From positions 30,765 through 94,764 of the forward strand of contig DASPJR010000088.1 of assembly GCA_035628505.1 (NCBI GenBank): a stretch of 64,000 nucleotides of DNA, given 5' to 3'. This stretch comes from Planctomycetota bacterium (GTDB taxonomy: Bacteria > Planctomycetota > SZUA-567 > H5-PLA8). Position numbers and translations under genes: made by a program. Below are positions 30,053 through 40,100 of this stretch, piece by piece. How positions within the stretch are numbered: position 1 is the first letter of the stretch; every line of letters starts with the position of its first letter. The notes beneath the pieces are model-generated. The model was not told where the DNA came from and ran no database searches. It was given only the letters and a program-made list of their open reading frames with translations.

Positions 30053-31264
30053 TCACACGCGAATTTCTTTTCCTACATCACTCTCACGCCACGCTTCACC
30101 CAGCACCGCTTGCGCATCGCCGGAAAACAGATACGAAATGGAACGTTCTCCCTTGCGCGCGGTCACCACGTCAAAGCGCGGCGTTCCGATTTGCTCAAAA
30201 GTCATGTTGTCGATCGGAGCCGGCTCAAGTCCGAGCGTGTGTGTCAGTTCCGGAGCACGCATCTGCCCGCACTGCGGACATTTTCCTTCCGCTTCGGTCG
30301 TCTTCCCCAGTGAACGGAAAACGGGTTCGCTGGTCCCGCAGGCGGGGCAGTTGAGCGCCGTGAGAATATCCCGGCCGAGCTGCAGAACGGTGCCTTCGCC
30401 GAGCTCCGCGCGTGCGATCTTCAGAAGATCGGAGACTCTCATGTCGGCCACGCCAGCCTTCAGCCGCCGGAGATCCTGGTGCGGCTCATGGGCTGCACAA
30501 TCCGGCTTTCGCGTGTAAGCGACGGTGTACGATTCGGCGCTCAGGCCGTGATAAACGAACCCCTTGCCGCTGAGCGTCTCCATTCCATGCAGCAGCTTGA
30601 TAGCTTCCTGCATCTGCACCGCGGAGATAATGCTCGCGGTTGTCGGTGTCGTCGGGACTTTGCCTTCGTTCAGCTGGGTGCGTGTGAGCAGCGCGCAGGA
30701 GCGGCGGTTCTCAAGCATCTTCCAGTCTGTTGCGTTCATCGTACATTCGTAACAGGGGCCCGGCCCCGGCGCGAAAACGCGCGCCACGCCATCAAGCACC
30801 TCAATCGCGCCATCGATCCAGGGTTTTCCCGCAAACAGAGCAGCGCTGTTGATCGCCACGCGAGCCTCCCGATTGTCGAGGCCGCCGAGAATTACATCGG
30901 CCCAGAAATACACTCCGAGCCCAAGGTCATGAACAACGTTGCCGATGAATGGTTGCGCCCTGATCTGCGGATAAAGCTCCCGCGCCGAGCGGCAGGCGAT
31001 CTCGGCTTTGTATTTTCCATTGTCCGATTCACGGAAGAGCGGCGAGCGCGTGAGGTTTGAGTTTTCGATGCGGTCCATATCCGCGACCACGAGGTTGCCA
31101 ATACCGAGCAGCGCGCAATTCTTGACAATCTCATTGCCCAGCGCGCCGGCGCCGATAACAAGCACCCGCGCGTTCCGCAGACGGTTCTGGTCCCACCAGG
31201 AGATGAGCTCAAAGCGGCTGAAGCGGTGCTCTGGAACGGCCTCGCGAATGTTCAGGACGCTCAT
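30053..31264 (-). CDS. E1-like ubiquitin-activating enzyme (ThiF/MoeB/HesA family) with a C-terminal Cys4 extension
   Basis: Rossmann nucleotide-binding motif RVLVIGAGALGNEIVKNCALLGIGNLVVADMDRIENSNLTR. MoeB-like PGPGPCYECT motif. C-terminal CPACG...CPQCG zinc-binding pair plus an extra ~100-aa domain. Its ATG overlaps the Ubl stop (ATGA). Confidence 0.85.
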   Translation of the reverse strand: MSVLNIREAVPEHRFSRFELISWWDQNRLRNARVLVIGAGALGNEIVKNCALLGIGNLVVADMDRIENSNLTRSPLFRESDNGKYKAEIACRSARELYPQIRAQPFIGNVVHDLGLGVYFWADVILGGLDNREARVAINSAALFAGKPWIDGAIEVLDGVARVFAPGPGPCYECTMNATDWKMLENRRSCALLTRTQLNEGKVPTTPTTASIISAVQMQEAIKLLHGMETLSGKGFVYHGLSAESYTVAYTRKPDCAAHEPHQDLRRLKAGVADMRVSDLLKIARAELGEGTVLQLGRDILTALNCPACGTSEPVFRSLGKTTEAEGKCPQCGQMRAPELTHTLGLEPAPIDNMTFEQIGTPRFDVVTARKGERSISYLFSGDAQAVLGEAWRESDVGKEIRV

Positions 31265-31575
31265 GCGCAGCCTCGGCCGGCTTCGTGGACAGCGCGTCCG
31301 CCAGCCGTGATCTCCGGCTGAAGTCGAAGCACATCGCCATCTTTTACGCTGGCGCTCTGCAGCGTTTCTTCATCGAGCAGCTGGCGGCCGCTGGCCTTGT
31401 GGTGGAATTTGTAGCTCATGAGCTGCCCATCGGGACTGTGCCGCGGCAGGTTCATGCGTTCGACAAGCAGCACAATGATGCGGTTCACCGGCGCCGCGCG
31501 CGGCAGATTGACTGTCACCTTCTTGTTGCCGGTGGCATCCCAGACTTCAACATTCATGCCAGCTTCATCTGCCAT
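31261..31575 (-). CDS. Ubiquitin-like beta-grasp protein with a Gly-Gly followed by an 11-residue C-terminal tail (pro-Ubl)
   Basis: Start ATG 31575 with AAGGAG 10 nt upstream. Sequence MADEAGMNVEVWDATGNKKVTVNLPRAAPVNRIIVLLVERMNLP...GQLMSYKFHHKASGRQLLDEETLQSASVKDGDVLRLQPEITAGG|RAVHEAGRGCA parallels the secondary-structure order of ubiquitin. Its C-terminal half mirrors [29 protein letters not shown]. Its stop overlaps the E1 start. Confidence 0.75.
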   Translation of the reverse strand: MADEAGMNVEVWDATGNKKVTVNLPRAAPVNRIIVLLVERMNLPRHSPDGQLMSYKFHHKASGRQLLDEETLQSASVKDGDVLRLQPEITAGGRAVHEAGRGCA

Positions 31576-31613
31576 CTCTGGTGCACTCCTTCTGGTAAGC
31601 GTGTTCAAGGACG

Positions 31614-32684
31614 TTAAAGAGTCTTTATTGCATCAATGGGCCCGGCGAGTTCGCTTTCGGCGACGTACCAGCGGCCTTCTCCCCGAATCAATATTTTTCG
31701 AAATGCGCGCTTTTCGGTCCTGCGAATGACAAGGTAGACAATGGCGAAAATCAACGGGCTGATCACAAAAACAACGATCCAGGAAGGATAGCTCGTAAAG
31801 GTGATGTTTGCCTCGACCATGGCGACGCCACCGTGTTCGCTGATTGACTTCACTGAAGTGAGCTCGGCACTGCGGGCATGGCTGCTCGGACCCGTGAACA
31901 CCGATTTCCAGTACGCCTTGAAAGATTCGACATCCTTTATGTGAAACTGTCCGGCTTGAGATGGGATTTTCGGGTCGTTGAAAGTAAGGCTCGGCACCGG
32001 ACCAATGTTCCGTGCCGACGGAGCCAGACACGCGAACGCGCGCTCCGCGCGGTTGGTCGCAACGGCCGTATAGAAGCCCTTGAAGGCATGATGCGCTGTT
32101 AATGCGCCCGCAATCTTGTGCGTGATACTGTCGTTGTACCAGGACACACACACCGGAATCACAAAGATCAGGGTGCCGAGGATTCCGAATACGCCGAACG
32201 GAGCGCCATTGTCGCCTTTCAGCACGATGCCCGATACGATCGACATCAATGACAGTCCGAGCAGGCCCATGAGGACCTTGGTCTTTGTGGAAAGCAACGC
32301 ACCGGTCAACTCTGCATCGGCTGCCACTGCTTCCGGATTTGCGCTGTATTTTTGAACCTCAGCAACGCGCGCCTCAAGCAGCTGCCGCTGCTGCTCGGCG
32401 TTCAATTCACCTGCGATGGATTGCCGGCAAAGCGGACAGATCGCCGAACCGGCAGGGATCTGTTCGGCACACGCAGGACACTCGGTCATCTGTTGAGCGG
32501 TGACAGGCGGCGAAGAAATCGCGGGCGAATCTCGCAAGACAGCAGGTCCAGGCGAACCTTTGTCATCAGTGGTGCTCGGTGCCGTTAACTCTGCCCCGCA
32601 GACGGCACAGAGAACCAGACCACCGGCATTGAGATCATGTACGCGAAACGTTTTTCCACACTGGCATGAGACAGTAATTGGCAT
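31614..32684 (-). CDS. Zinc-ribbon membrane protein (first gene of the operon)
   Basis: N-terminal CQCGKTFRV...CAVCG and CPACAEQIPAGSAICPLCRQ ribbons, then four or five TM helices, then a C-terminal ~130-aa domain of unknown function. It lies 38 nt upstream of the Ubl gene on the same strand. Confidence 0.5.
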   Translation of the reverse strand: MPITVSCQCGKTFRVHDLNAGGLVLCAVCGAELTAPSTTDDKGSPGPAVLRDSPAISSPPVTAQQMTECPACAEQIPAGSAICPLCRQSIAGELNAEQQRQLLEARVAEVQKYSANPEAVAADAELTGALLSTKTKVLMGLLGLSLMSIVSGIVLKGDNGAPFGVFGILGTLIFVIPVCVSWYNDSITHKIAGALTAHHAFKGFYTAVATNRAERAFACLAPSARNIGPVPSLTFNDPKIPSQAGQFHIKDVESFKAYWKSVFTGPSSHARSAELTSVKSISEHGGVAMVEANITFTSYPSWIVVFVISPLIFAIVYLVIRRTEKRAFRKILIRGEGRWYVAESELAGPIDAIKTL

Positions 32685-32973
32685 ATGAAAAAACCTACTT
32701 TTCTAACAGGGTGCACAGCATTTTTTATATCAATAAATAGACTACTAGTTGCCACAAAGTATTGCAACCACTCAAATATATAGAATAAAAAGTAAACGAT
32801 ACTTTTGTATAAGTTATTGCTATGCAACAGCTTAAGCTTGCGTAACAGGCCAGGCACAAGGCGCTGCACCTTATGCGCGATTGTTTAAGGCAGTCTCGCA
32901 CACTCAATTGCGTAGATTCCTAAGTAACTTTGAATATTTAGTTTTAGGCTTCTACAAAGACCTGCCGAAGTAT
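32685..32973. promoter_or_regulatory. AT-rich (~37% GC) 290-bp intergenic island upstream of the ubiquitin-like operon
   Basis: GC content visibly drops compared with the ~60% flanks, with runs such as ttttttatatcaataaatagactactag and aaatatatagaataaaaagtaaacg. Candidate -35/-10-like hexamers on the minus strand are TTGCAA-17-TAGTCT and TTGATA. It lies between two minus-strand genes. Confidence 0.4.
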
Positions 32974-33924
32974 TTACTTAAGCAGTTCAATCTTTGCCGA
33001 ATCGTGAAGCGCCTTGATTTCAGCATCGCTTAGCGCGCGATTGAAGACTGCGAGTGCGCCGAATTTTCCGCGCGTCGCTTCATAAAACATGGAGCCTCCC
33101 GCGTAGCGCGCACCGATCGTAAAATCGGAGCCAGGAATCCTGGACTTTGCATGCGCTTCGGGATCGTAGCGGAAGATTCCACGTCCGTGATAGAACGGAT
33201 TCATTCCACGGTCTTTGCCGTCCGGACCTTCTTTGGTGAAGTAGCGGTCGTTGCGCTTGTCTTTCACGGGATCCAGTTCGCGCACATCCAGCACGCCGTT
33301 GATGTACGCGCGGATATATTTTGAGTCGTACGTAAATGCCAGCGTGCACCATTTCTCTTCGGGAATTTCCTGCTTCGAAGCCGCGTAGTCCGCGCACCAC
33401 GGCAGCGCACTGCCGTCCGCCCGGCGCGTTACGCCGCCCTCGCTGGAGATGTGCGGCGTCAGCTGGCGGTTGCCGCCATACGCAGGCATGTGCATCAGCA
33501 TGGCATACTGCCGCGTGCCAGTGTCGTCGTGAGCGCCTTTTCCTTCGCTCCACATTCCGGCGATGGTGCGGCTCTTGTTCACGTTGACAATGCGCACGAC
33601 GGTGAACATGGTCACCTGCGCATCCTTGCCGCTGATGTTGAGATCGCCCGTTTCCGCATACGGGATGCGAAAATATTGCTTGCCATTCATTTCCGCCGAA
33701 TACCCGGAATACGGACCGCCTTCAACGCGCGGAATAGGCCCGCCGACCTCAAGCAGCGGGTGCTTTTCCTTTGTACCGCTCGACACGCGCTGGCCGGGCT
33801 CTTCACCGAACGTCCAGAAGGCAACGAGATTCGGCGTTTTTTCAACCACCGACCGGTCGCCGACGGGTTCAGCCGCTTGTGCAAGCACCACAAACGCCAC
33901 AGCAACGGCGATAACGTTTTTCAT
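32974..33924 (-). CDS. Secreted hypothetical protein (possible concanavalin/LamG-like jelly roll)
   Basis: Signal peptide [18 protein letters not shown]. 316 aa. I cannot assign a family confidently. Confidence 0.45.
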   Translation of the reverse strand: MKNVIAVAVAFVVLAQAAEPVGDRSVVEKTPNLVAFWTFGEEPGQRVSSGTKEKHPLLEVGGPIPRVEGGPYSGYSAEMNGKQYFRIPYAETGDLNISGKDAQVTMFTVVRIVNVNKSRTIAGMWSEGKGAHDDTGTRQYAMLMHMPAYGGNRQLTPHISSEGGVTRRADGSALPWCADYAASKQEIPEEKWCTLAFTYDSKYIRAYINGVLDVRELDPVKDKRNDRYFTKEGPDGKDRGMNPFYHGRGIFRYDPEAHAKSRIPGSDFTIGARYAGGSMFYEATRGKFGALAVFNRALSDAEIKALHDSAKIELLK

Positions 33925-34052
33925 GTGCTCAGCCTCCTTTGATCACCTGTGCCAGAGCGGCAGTTCAAGCTGCACAGTACTACTTACAAAGCGGAACCAG
34001 CTTTGACCATCGATACGATGGTTAAAGTTTCCTGCATGCATGTTGCTATCGG

Positions 34053-34113
34053 GAGAAAAAAGGCGCAGGCAAACGATGCAGCCAGTCAGTTCCTGGCTCC
34101 ACCATTTGCCTGC
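34053..34113 (-). terminator. Rho-independent terminator downstream of the giant adhesin gene
   Basis: Minus-strand reading GCAGGCAAA-(31-nt loop containing the nested gccag...ctggc pair)-TTTGCCTGC followed by gcCTTTTTTCTCCC. It lies ~20 nt after the stop at 34132. Confidence 0.55.
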
Positions 34114-34131
34114 AATTTCACGCTTTGAACT

Positions 34132-37100
34132 TTACCGCTTGCCGTCTTTCGCCTGGCCGGCATTCGGCGTTGCATCGTACGATTCGGTCTGGATGGTCTG
34201 GTAAATCGCGTTGTTGAAGTAGATGCGTACTGGAAGCATCAGCGTCTTGTCTTTCACCGGCGTGTTGGTCAGTCCGTACGGCTGCAGTGTTGAGACCAGG
34301 TCTGCCTTCTTCAGTGAGATGCGGAACTTAATCGAGCGTGCCTTCTCGCCGCGCGTACGCATCGACAGATAGTCTGTGCTTGTCAGAACGCGGCCCTTCG
34401 GATTCAACGTAAAGCTTCTCGTGACGCCTGCCACATCCATGATGCAGGTCTGCGTTCCCAACGTGAAGCCATCGGGCACGCCGAAAGTTCCGCTAAGTGT
34501 CAGCTTGTCATTGCTCGTGCGCACAAAATTAAGCTTGATGAGCAGCTTCGCATCGAGGAGCAGTTGCGGCGGCGGAGCCGTGGTGCCGAATGGCGTTTCC
34601 GAAGCATTCGTGGACGACGATCCCGCGACCACTTCGACCGAGTCCGGGAAGCCATCGTTGTCGCTGTCCACCTGGACAGGGAACGGCAGCGCACCGCCTC
34701 CGCCGCTGGCCACCACCAGCATCGTCAGCGTCGCGCTCGTTGAGAGTTTCGCGCCGTTAGTGATGACCACGGTCACCTTGTACGTACCGAGCGATGTGTA
34801 GGTGTGCGTCGGGCCCGGCAGCGTGCTCGTCGAGCCGTCACCAAAATCCCACGCGTAGGTCAAACTCGAGGGCACCTGGTCGGTTGCGCCCAGCGCGAAC
34901 GATACTGGCGCGCCAGGAGTGGCCGGATTGGGTGTCGCCGCAGGCTGGGAAACAACGACCGGCGCGACGGCTGTCACGTTCAGTGCGACAACACTGCTAA
35001 CTGTCTTGAAGTTCACGGTATCGTTCGGCGTGAACGTTGCTGTCAGCGGCTGGCCGTTACCGGTTCCAAGAATGGTGCCGCTGGCGGGCGAGTACTCGAA
35101 CGTTCCCGGCACATCCGCGGTCGCATTTAGTTGCAGACCGCTTAAAGCCGTGCCCGTCTGTATATCCGCCGGAGTAGCCCACGTGATGACTGGCGCTGCT
35201 TTCTGCACGTTAATCAGCACCGTTGCAGTGATTGTGCTCGGCTGAATCGTGGAATCGGCTGCAGTGAACGATACAAGCAGCGTCTGATTGGCGCCGGCAT
35301 TCAGCACCGTTCCGATGGCAGGCGTGTAGGTGAATGTGCCAGGCGTGTTGGCGCTCGCGTTCAATTCAGCGGCACTTAGCGCAGTGCGGTACAGGATATC
35401 AGCCGGATTGTTCCACGTAATCACCGGCGTGGCGTGCACCGTCAGTGTAAAGAGCTGCATGTCATCGACCGGCACACCATTGCTCGCCGTAAAGATAAGC
35501 GTATACGTCCCGGACGTTCCCGACGCGGGCGTTCCGGAGAGTTCGCCTGTGAGAGCGTTGAACGTCATGCCTGCCGGAAGGGCGCCGCTCAGGCTTAGTG
35601 CCGGCTGCGGAGAACCCGTTCGGACAACCGTGAAGTTGCCGGCACTTCCGATCGTGAAGGCCACATTGTTGCCGCTGGTAATCGCCGGCGCCTGGTTCAC
35701 GGTCAACGTGAACGCCTGGGTGGCGACAACTCCTACTCCGTTGCTGGCGCTGAAGGTCAAATTGTAAACCGCCGCCGTCCCGGCTGCGGGCGTGCCGCTG
35801 AGAACGCCGGTCGCGCTGTTGAACGACAGCCCGGACGGAAGCGTGCCGGAGAGGCTTAACACCGGAGCCGGCGAACCATCCGCTGTGACGCTGAAGCTTC
35901 CGGCAGCGCCGACCGTAAACGCTGCGTTGTCGACACTCGTAATTCCAGCCGGCCGGTAAACCGACAGCATAAAATTCTGAATCGAGTCCGGTCCGATTCC
36001 GTTACTGGACGTGAACACGATCGGGTAATCCCCGCCGGTGCCCGCCGCGGGAGTTCCCGACAGCAGTCCCGTCGCCGGATTGAACGTAACGCCTGTGGGC
36101 AGCGCGCCGCTCTGTGAGAGCGTCGGTGCTGGTTCGCCGAGCGAAGTGACACCGAAGCTGCCGGCGGCACCTTCGGTGAAGATCGTGCTGGCCGCGCTGG
36201 TGATCGAGGCCGGTTGATTGACGATCAGGCTGAAGTTCTGAATTGCTGCCGATCCCACTCCGTTGTCAGCGTTGAGCGTGAGATTGTACGTGCCTCCCGT
36301 TCCTGTCGCTGGATTGCCGCTCAGCACGCCGGTGGCCGCATTGAAGCTTACGCCCGTCGGCAGCGTGCCGGTCAGTGTGAGTGCTGGAGCCGGCGATCCG
36401 CTGGCAGTCATCGTGAAGCTGTTTGAACTGCCTACCGTGAAAGTCGTGGTGTTGGCGCTGGTGATCGCGGGGACCTGGTTGACCGTTAACGTAAAGTTCT
36501 GAACATGCGGCGTGGCAACGCCGTTCTGCGCCGTGAACGTCAGCGGATACGTTCCAGCCGTGCCCGCCGCAGGCGTTCCGCTCAGCACGCCTGTAGATGC
36601 ATCGAAGGATACGCCATTGGGCAACGTGCCGGAGAGGCTCAGAAGAGCGGCGGGGTAACCGCTGCGCGTCACGCTGAAGCTGCCGGCCGATCCGACCGTG
36701 AATGTCGTATTGTCGGCGCTGGTCACCGCCGGCGCCTGTTCGACCGTCAGCACGAAATTCACCACAGAATCCGAACCGACGCCGTTCGCTGCCGTGATCG
36801 TGAAGTTGTACACGCCGCCTGTTCCGGCTGCCGGCGTGCCGCTCAGGGTGCTGCCAACAAAGGTGACGCCTGTGGGCAGCGGACCTGTCAGTGTGAACGT
36901 CGGCGCCGGCACGCCAGTCGCGGTGACCACGAAATTGCCCGCAGTCCCCACCCGGAAGGTTGTCGCCGTACCGCTCGTGATATTCGGAGCCTTGTTGATA
37001 ACCAGGGTGAAATTCTGCACGGCATTGACGCCGACGCCGTTGGCTGCAGTGAACGCGATATCGTAGCTGCCGGAGGTTCCCGCCGCTGGAACGCCGCTGA

Positions 37101-40100
37101 GCACCGGCGAGTTGAACGTGATGCCGTTGGGCAGCGTGCCAGTCATCGTGATCGTCGCCGCCGGCGCAGCGGAGGCCGTAACCGTAAAGCTTTCCGTGTC
37201 GCCTTCAGTAAAGCTGATCGTGGCCGGACTCGTGAAGTACGGAGCCTGGTTCACAATCAGTGTAAAGTTCTGCACAGACGGCGAGCCGACGCCATTCTGG
37301 GCGGTGAACACCGGCGAGTATGTTCCAGCCGTTCCCGCGGCTGGCGTGCCGCTGAGGATTCCGGTCCCGGCGTCGAAGGAGACGCCCGTCGGCAGACTGC
37401 CGGTCATGCTCAATGTCGGCGTAGGCGAACCGACCATCGTAATTGAGAAACTGCCGGACGTGCCATCCGTGAAGGTCGTTGTATTAGCGCTGGTGATCAC
37501 GGCAGCCGTATTGATCGTCAGGACGAAAACCTGCGTATTCGTACCGACTCCATTATTGGCTGTGAATGAGAGGTTGTAGTCACCCACCGTTCCGATCGCC
37601 GGTGTACCGCTGAGCACGCCCGAGGCCTGATCGTAACTGACGCCTGACGGAAGCGCGGCACCGCCGATCGTTATGGTCGGGGCCGGCGTACCGGTCGCGG
37701 TGACAGTGTGGCTGCTGAACACGCCCACAGGGAATGCGACTGCCGCGGCGCTGGTGATCAGCGGGCGTTGATTGACAACAAACGTGAAATTCTGCGTCGT
37801 GCTGCCGCTGCTGTTGACAGCGGTAAAGATGAGATTGTATGTGCCGACCGTTCCAGCCGCCGGCGTGCCGCTCAGGACGCCAGAGTTCGTGTCGAACGAA
37901 ACGCCCGTCGGCAGGTTGTCGCCGCTGCGCGAGAGAACGGGTGTCGGCGTTCCGTTGGTATTGACTTGGAAGCTTCCGGAGACTCCGACGGTGAACGCCG
38001 TCGAGCTTGCGCTGGTGAAATCCGGCTTCTTGTTGATTGTCAGTGTGAAGTTCTGGTTTACCGATGTCACCGAATTGGTCGCCGTAAACACCAAGTTGTA
38101 GACGCCGACTGTCGCCGGGCCGGGCGTTCCACTGAGCACGCCCGAGCCGTCCAGCGTGAGTCCTGCCGGCAGAGGCGTACTGGTGATGACCGGCGTTGGC
38201 GTGCCGGTGGTCAGCACGGCAAAGCTGCTGTTGACGCCGACCGAGAAGATCGTGTTATCCGCGCTGGTGAATGCCGGCGCCTCGTTAATGGTCAGAGTGA
38301 AGCTCTGCACGGCATTCGATCCCACGCCGTTGCTCGCGGTGAAGACCAGGATAAATGTTCCGGTTGCAGTGGGAGTACCGCTCAGCGTGCCTGTGCCCGG
38401 ATCGAAGGTAATCGTTCCCGGCAGCGCCGCGCCGGAAATGGCAAGCGTCGGTGCAGGAGATCCTGTCGCGGTCACGTTAAAGCTACCCAGCGAGCCTACC
38501 ACGAAGGTTGCATTATTGGCGCTCGTAACGGCCGGCGCCTGATTGACCGTCAGCGTGAAATTCTGCGTGACGGTCAGACCGACGCCGTTCTGCGCTTCGA
38601 AAACAAGATTGAACGTGCCGGCGGTGCCCGGCGCGGGTGTTCCGCTGAGCACTCCTGAAGCCGCGTCAAAAGTCACTCCTGCCGGCAGAGCCGCTCCGAT
38701 CTGATTGAGCGTGGGAAGCGGGAAGCCCGTGCGCGTCACCGTGAAGCTGCTGTTCGTTCCGACGGTGAAGGTCGCGCTGGTTCCACTGGTGATCGCGGGA
38801 GGCTGGTTAACCACCAGCGAGAACGACTGCGTCGCGAAGGGATTGACGCCGTTGATTGCACGCAGGTTCAGCGGGTAAACGCCGCCAGTTCCCGCCGCCG
38901 GTGTACCACTCAGCAGACCCGCGCCTGTCAATGTCACGCCCGTTGGCAGCGTGCTGACGGTTGAGAAGGTCGGAGCCGGAGTACCGCTGGCCGTCACGTT
39001 GAAGCTGCCGTTTGTTGACGTCACAAAGGTAGTGGTGTTGGCGCTGGTAAACGCCGGCGCCTGGTGGACCGTGAGCGTGAAATTCTGCGTCGCCGCCGTT
39101 CCGACTCCATTGCTGGCCGTGAATACCAGACTGTACGTGCCGTTTGTATTGAGGTTCGGTGTCCCGCTCAGGATACCTGATGCGGGGTCAAACGTTACCC
39201 CGGCCGGAAGAGCGGCGGACTGGCTGAGCACTGGTGCCGGGAATCCCGTCTTCGTAACAGCAAAGCTGTTGGTGGAGCCCACCGTGAAGATGGTGTTGTC
39301 GGCACTGGTGATGGCTGGCGCCTGGTTCACTGTAAGAGTGAAATTCTGTGTGGCATTCGAACCAATTCCATTGCTGGCGGTGATGACAACCGGGTACGTG
39401 CCGCCCGTTCCCGCTGCGGGGGTTCCGCTGAGTACGCCGGCCGCTGAAAGCGACACGCCGCTGGGCAGCGTGCTGCTGGTGCTGAACGTCGGCACGGGTG
39501 TTCCCGTGGCGGTGGCGGTGAAGCTTCCGGCGGCTCCGGCGATAAACGTGGTCGACGTTCCACTCGTGATGGCCGGTGCCTGGTTGATCGTCAGCGTGAA
39601 GTTTTCGTCGACCGTATTCAACACGTTCGTTGCGCGGAAGACGATGTTGTAGACGCCGTTGCTATTGACCGGCGGCGTGCCACTGAGAACGCGTGTCGCT
39701 GAATCGTAGCTGAGACCCGAGGGCAGCGTCGACTGAAGAGTTACCGACGGGACGGGGAAGCCATTGACCTGCAGCGTATAACTGTTGGATACGCCTGTCA
39801 GGAAAGACGTGCTGGTCTGCGCGAAGCTCGGCGGCTGCTGCACAGTCAGCGTGAAATTCTGCGTGGCGTCTGCGCCCACGCCATTCTGGGCAACGATCAG
39901 CAGCGGGTAGCTTCCGCCGGTAGTGGCCTGCGGCGTGCCGCTTAGCACACCGGCGGCGGAGAGCGTGACTCCCGCTGGCAACGTGCTGTTCGTGAAGAAC
40001 GTCGGGACCGGCGTTCCGGTTGCCGTAACCGTGAAGCTGCCGGCGTTGCCTGTCTCGAAGGTCGTGGATGCAGCGCTTGTGATAGCGGCAACCTGTCGCA

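Noticed and set aside
30479-31060. 193-aa plus-strand ORF
   Set aside because: Antisense to the E1 gene.
32685-32741. 19-codon plus-strand ORF starting at the palindromic CATATG that also forms the zinc-ribbon gene's start codon
   Set aside because: Too short. It has no RBS and lies in an AT-rich spacer. Most likely a by-product of the palindrome.
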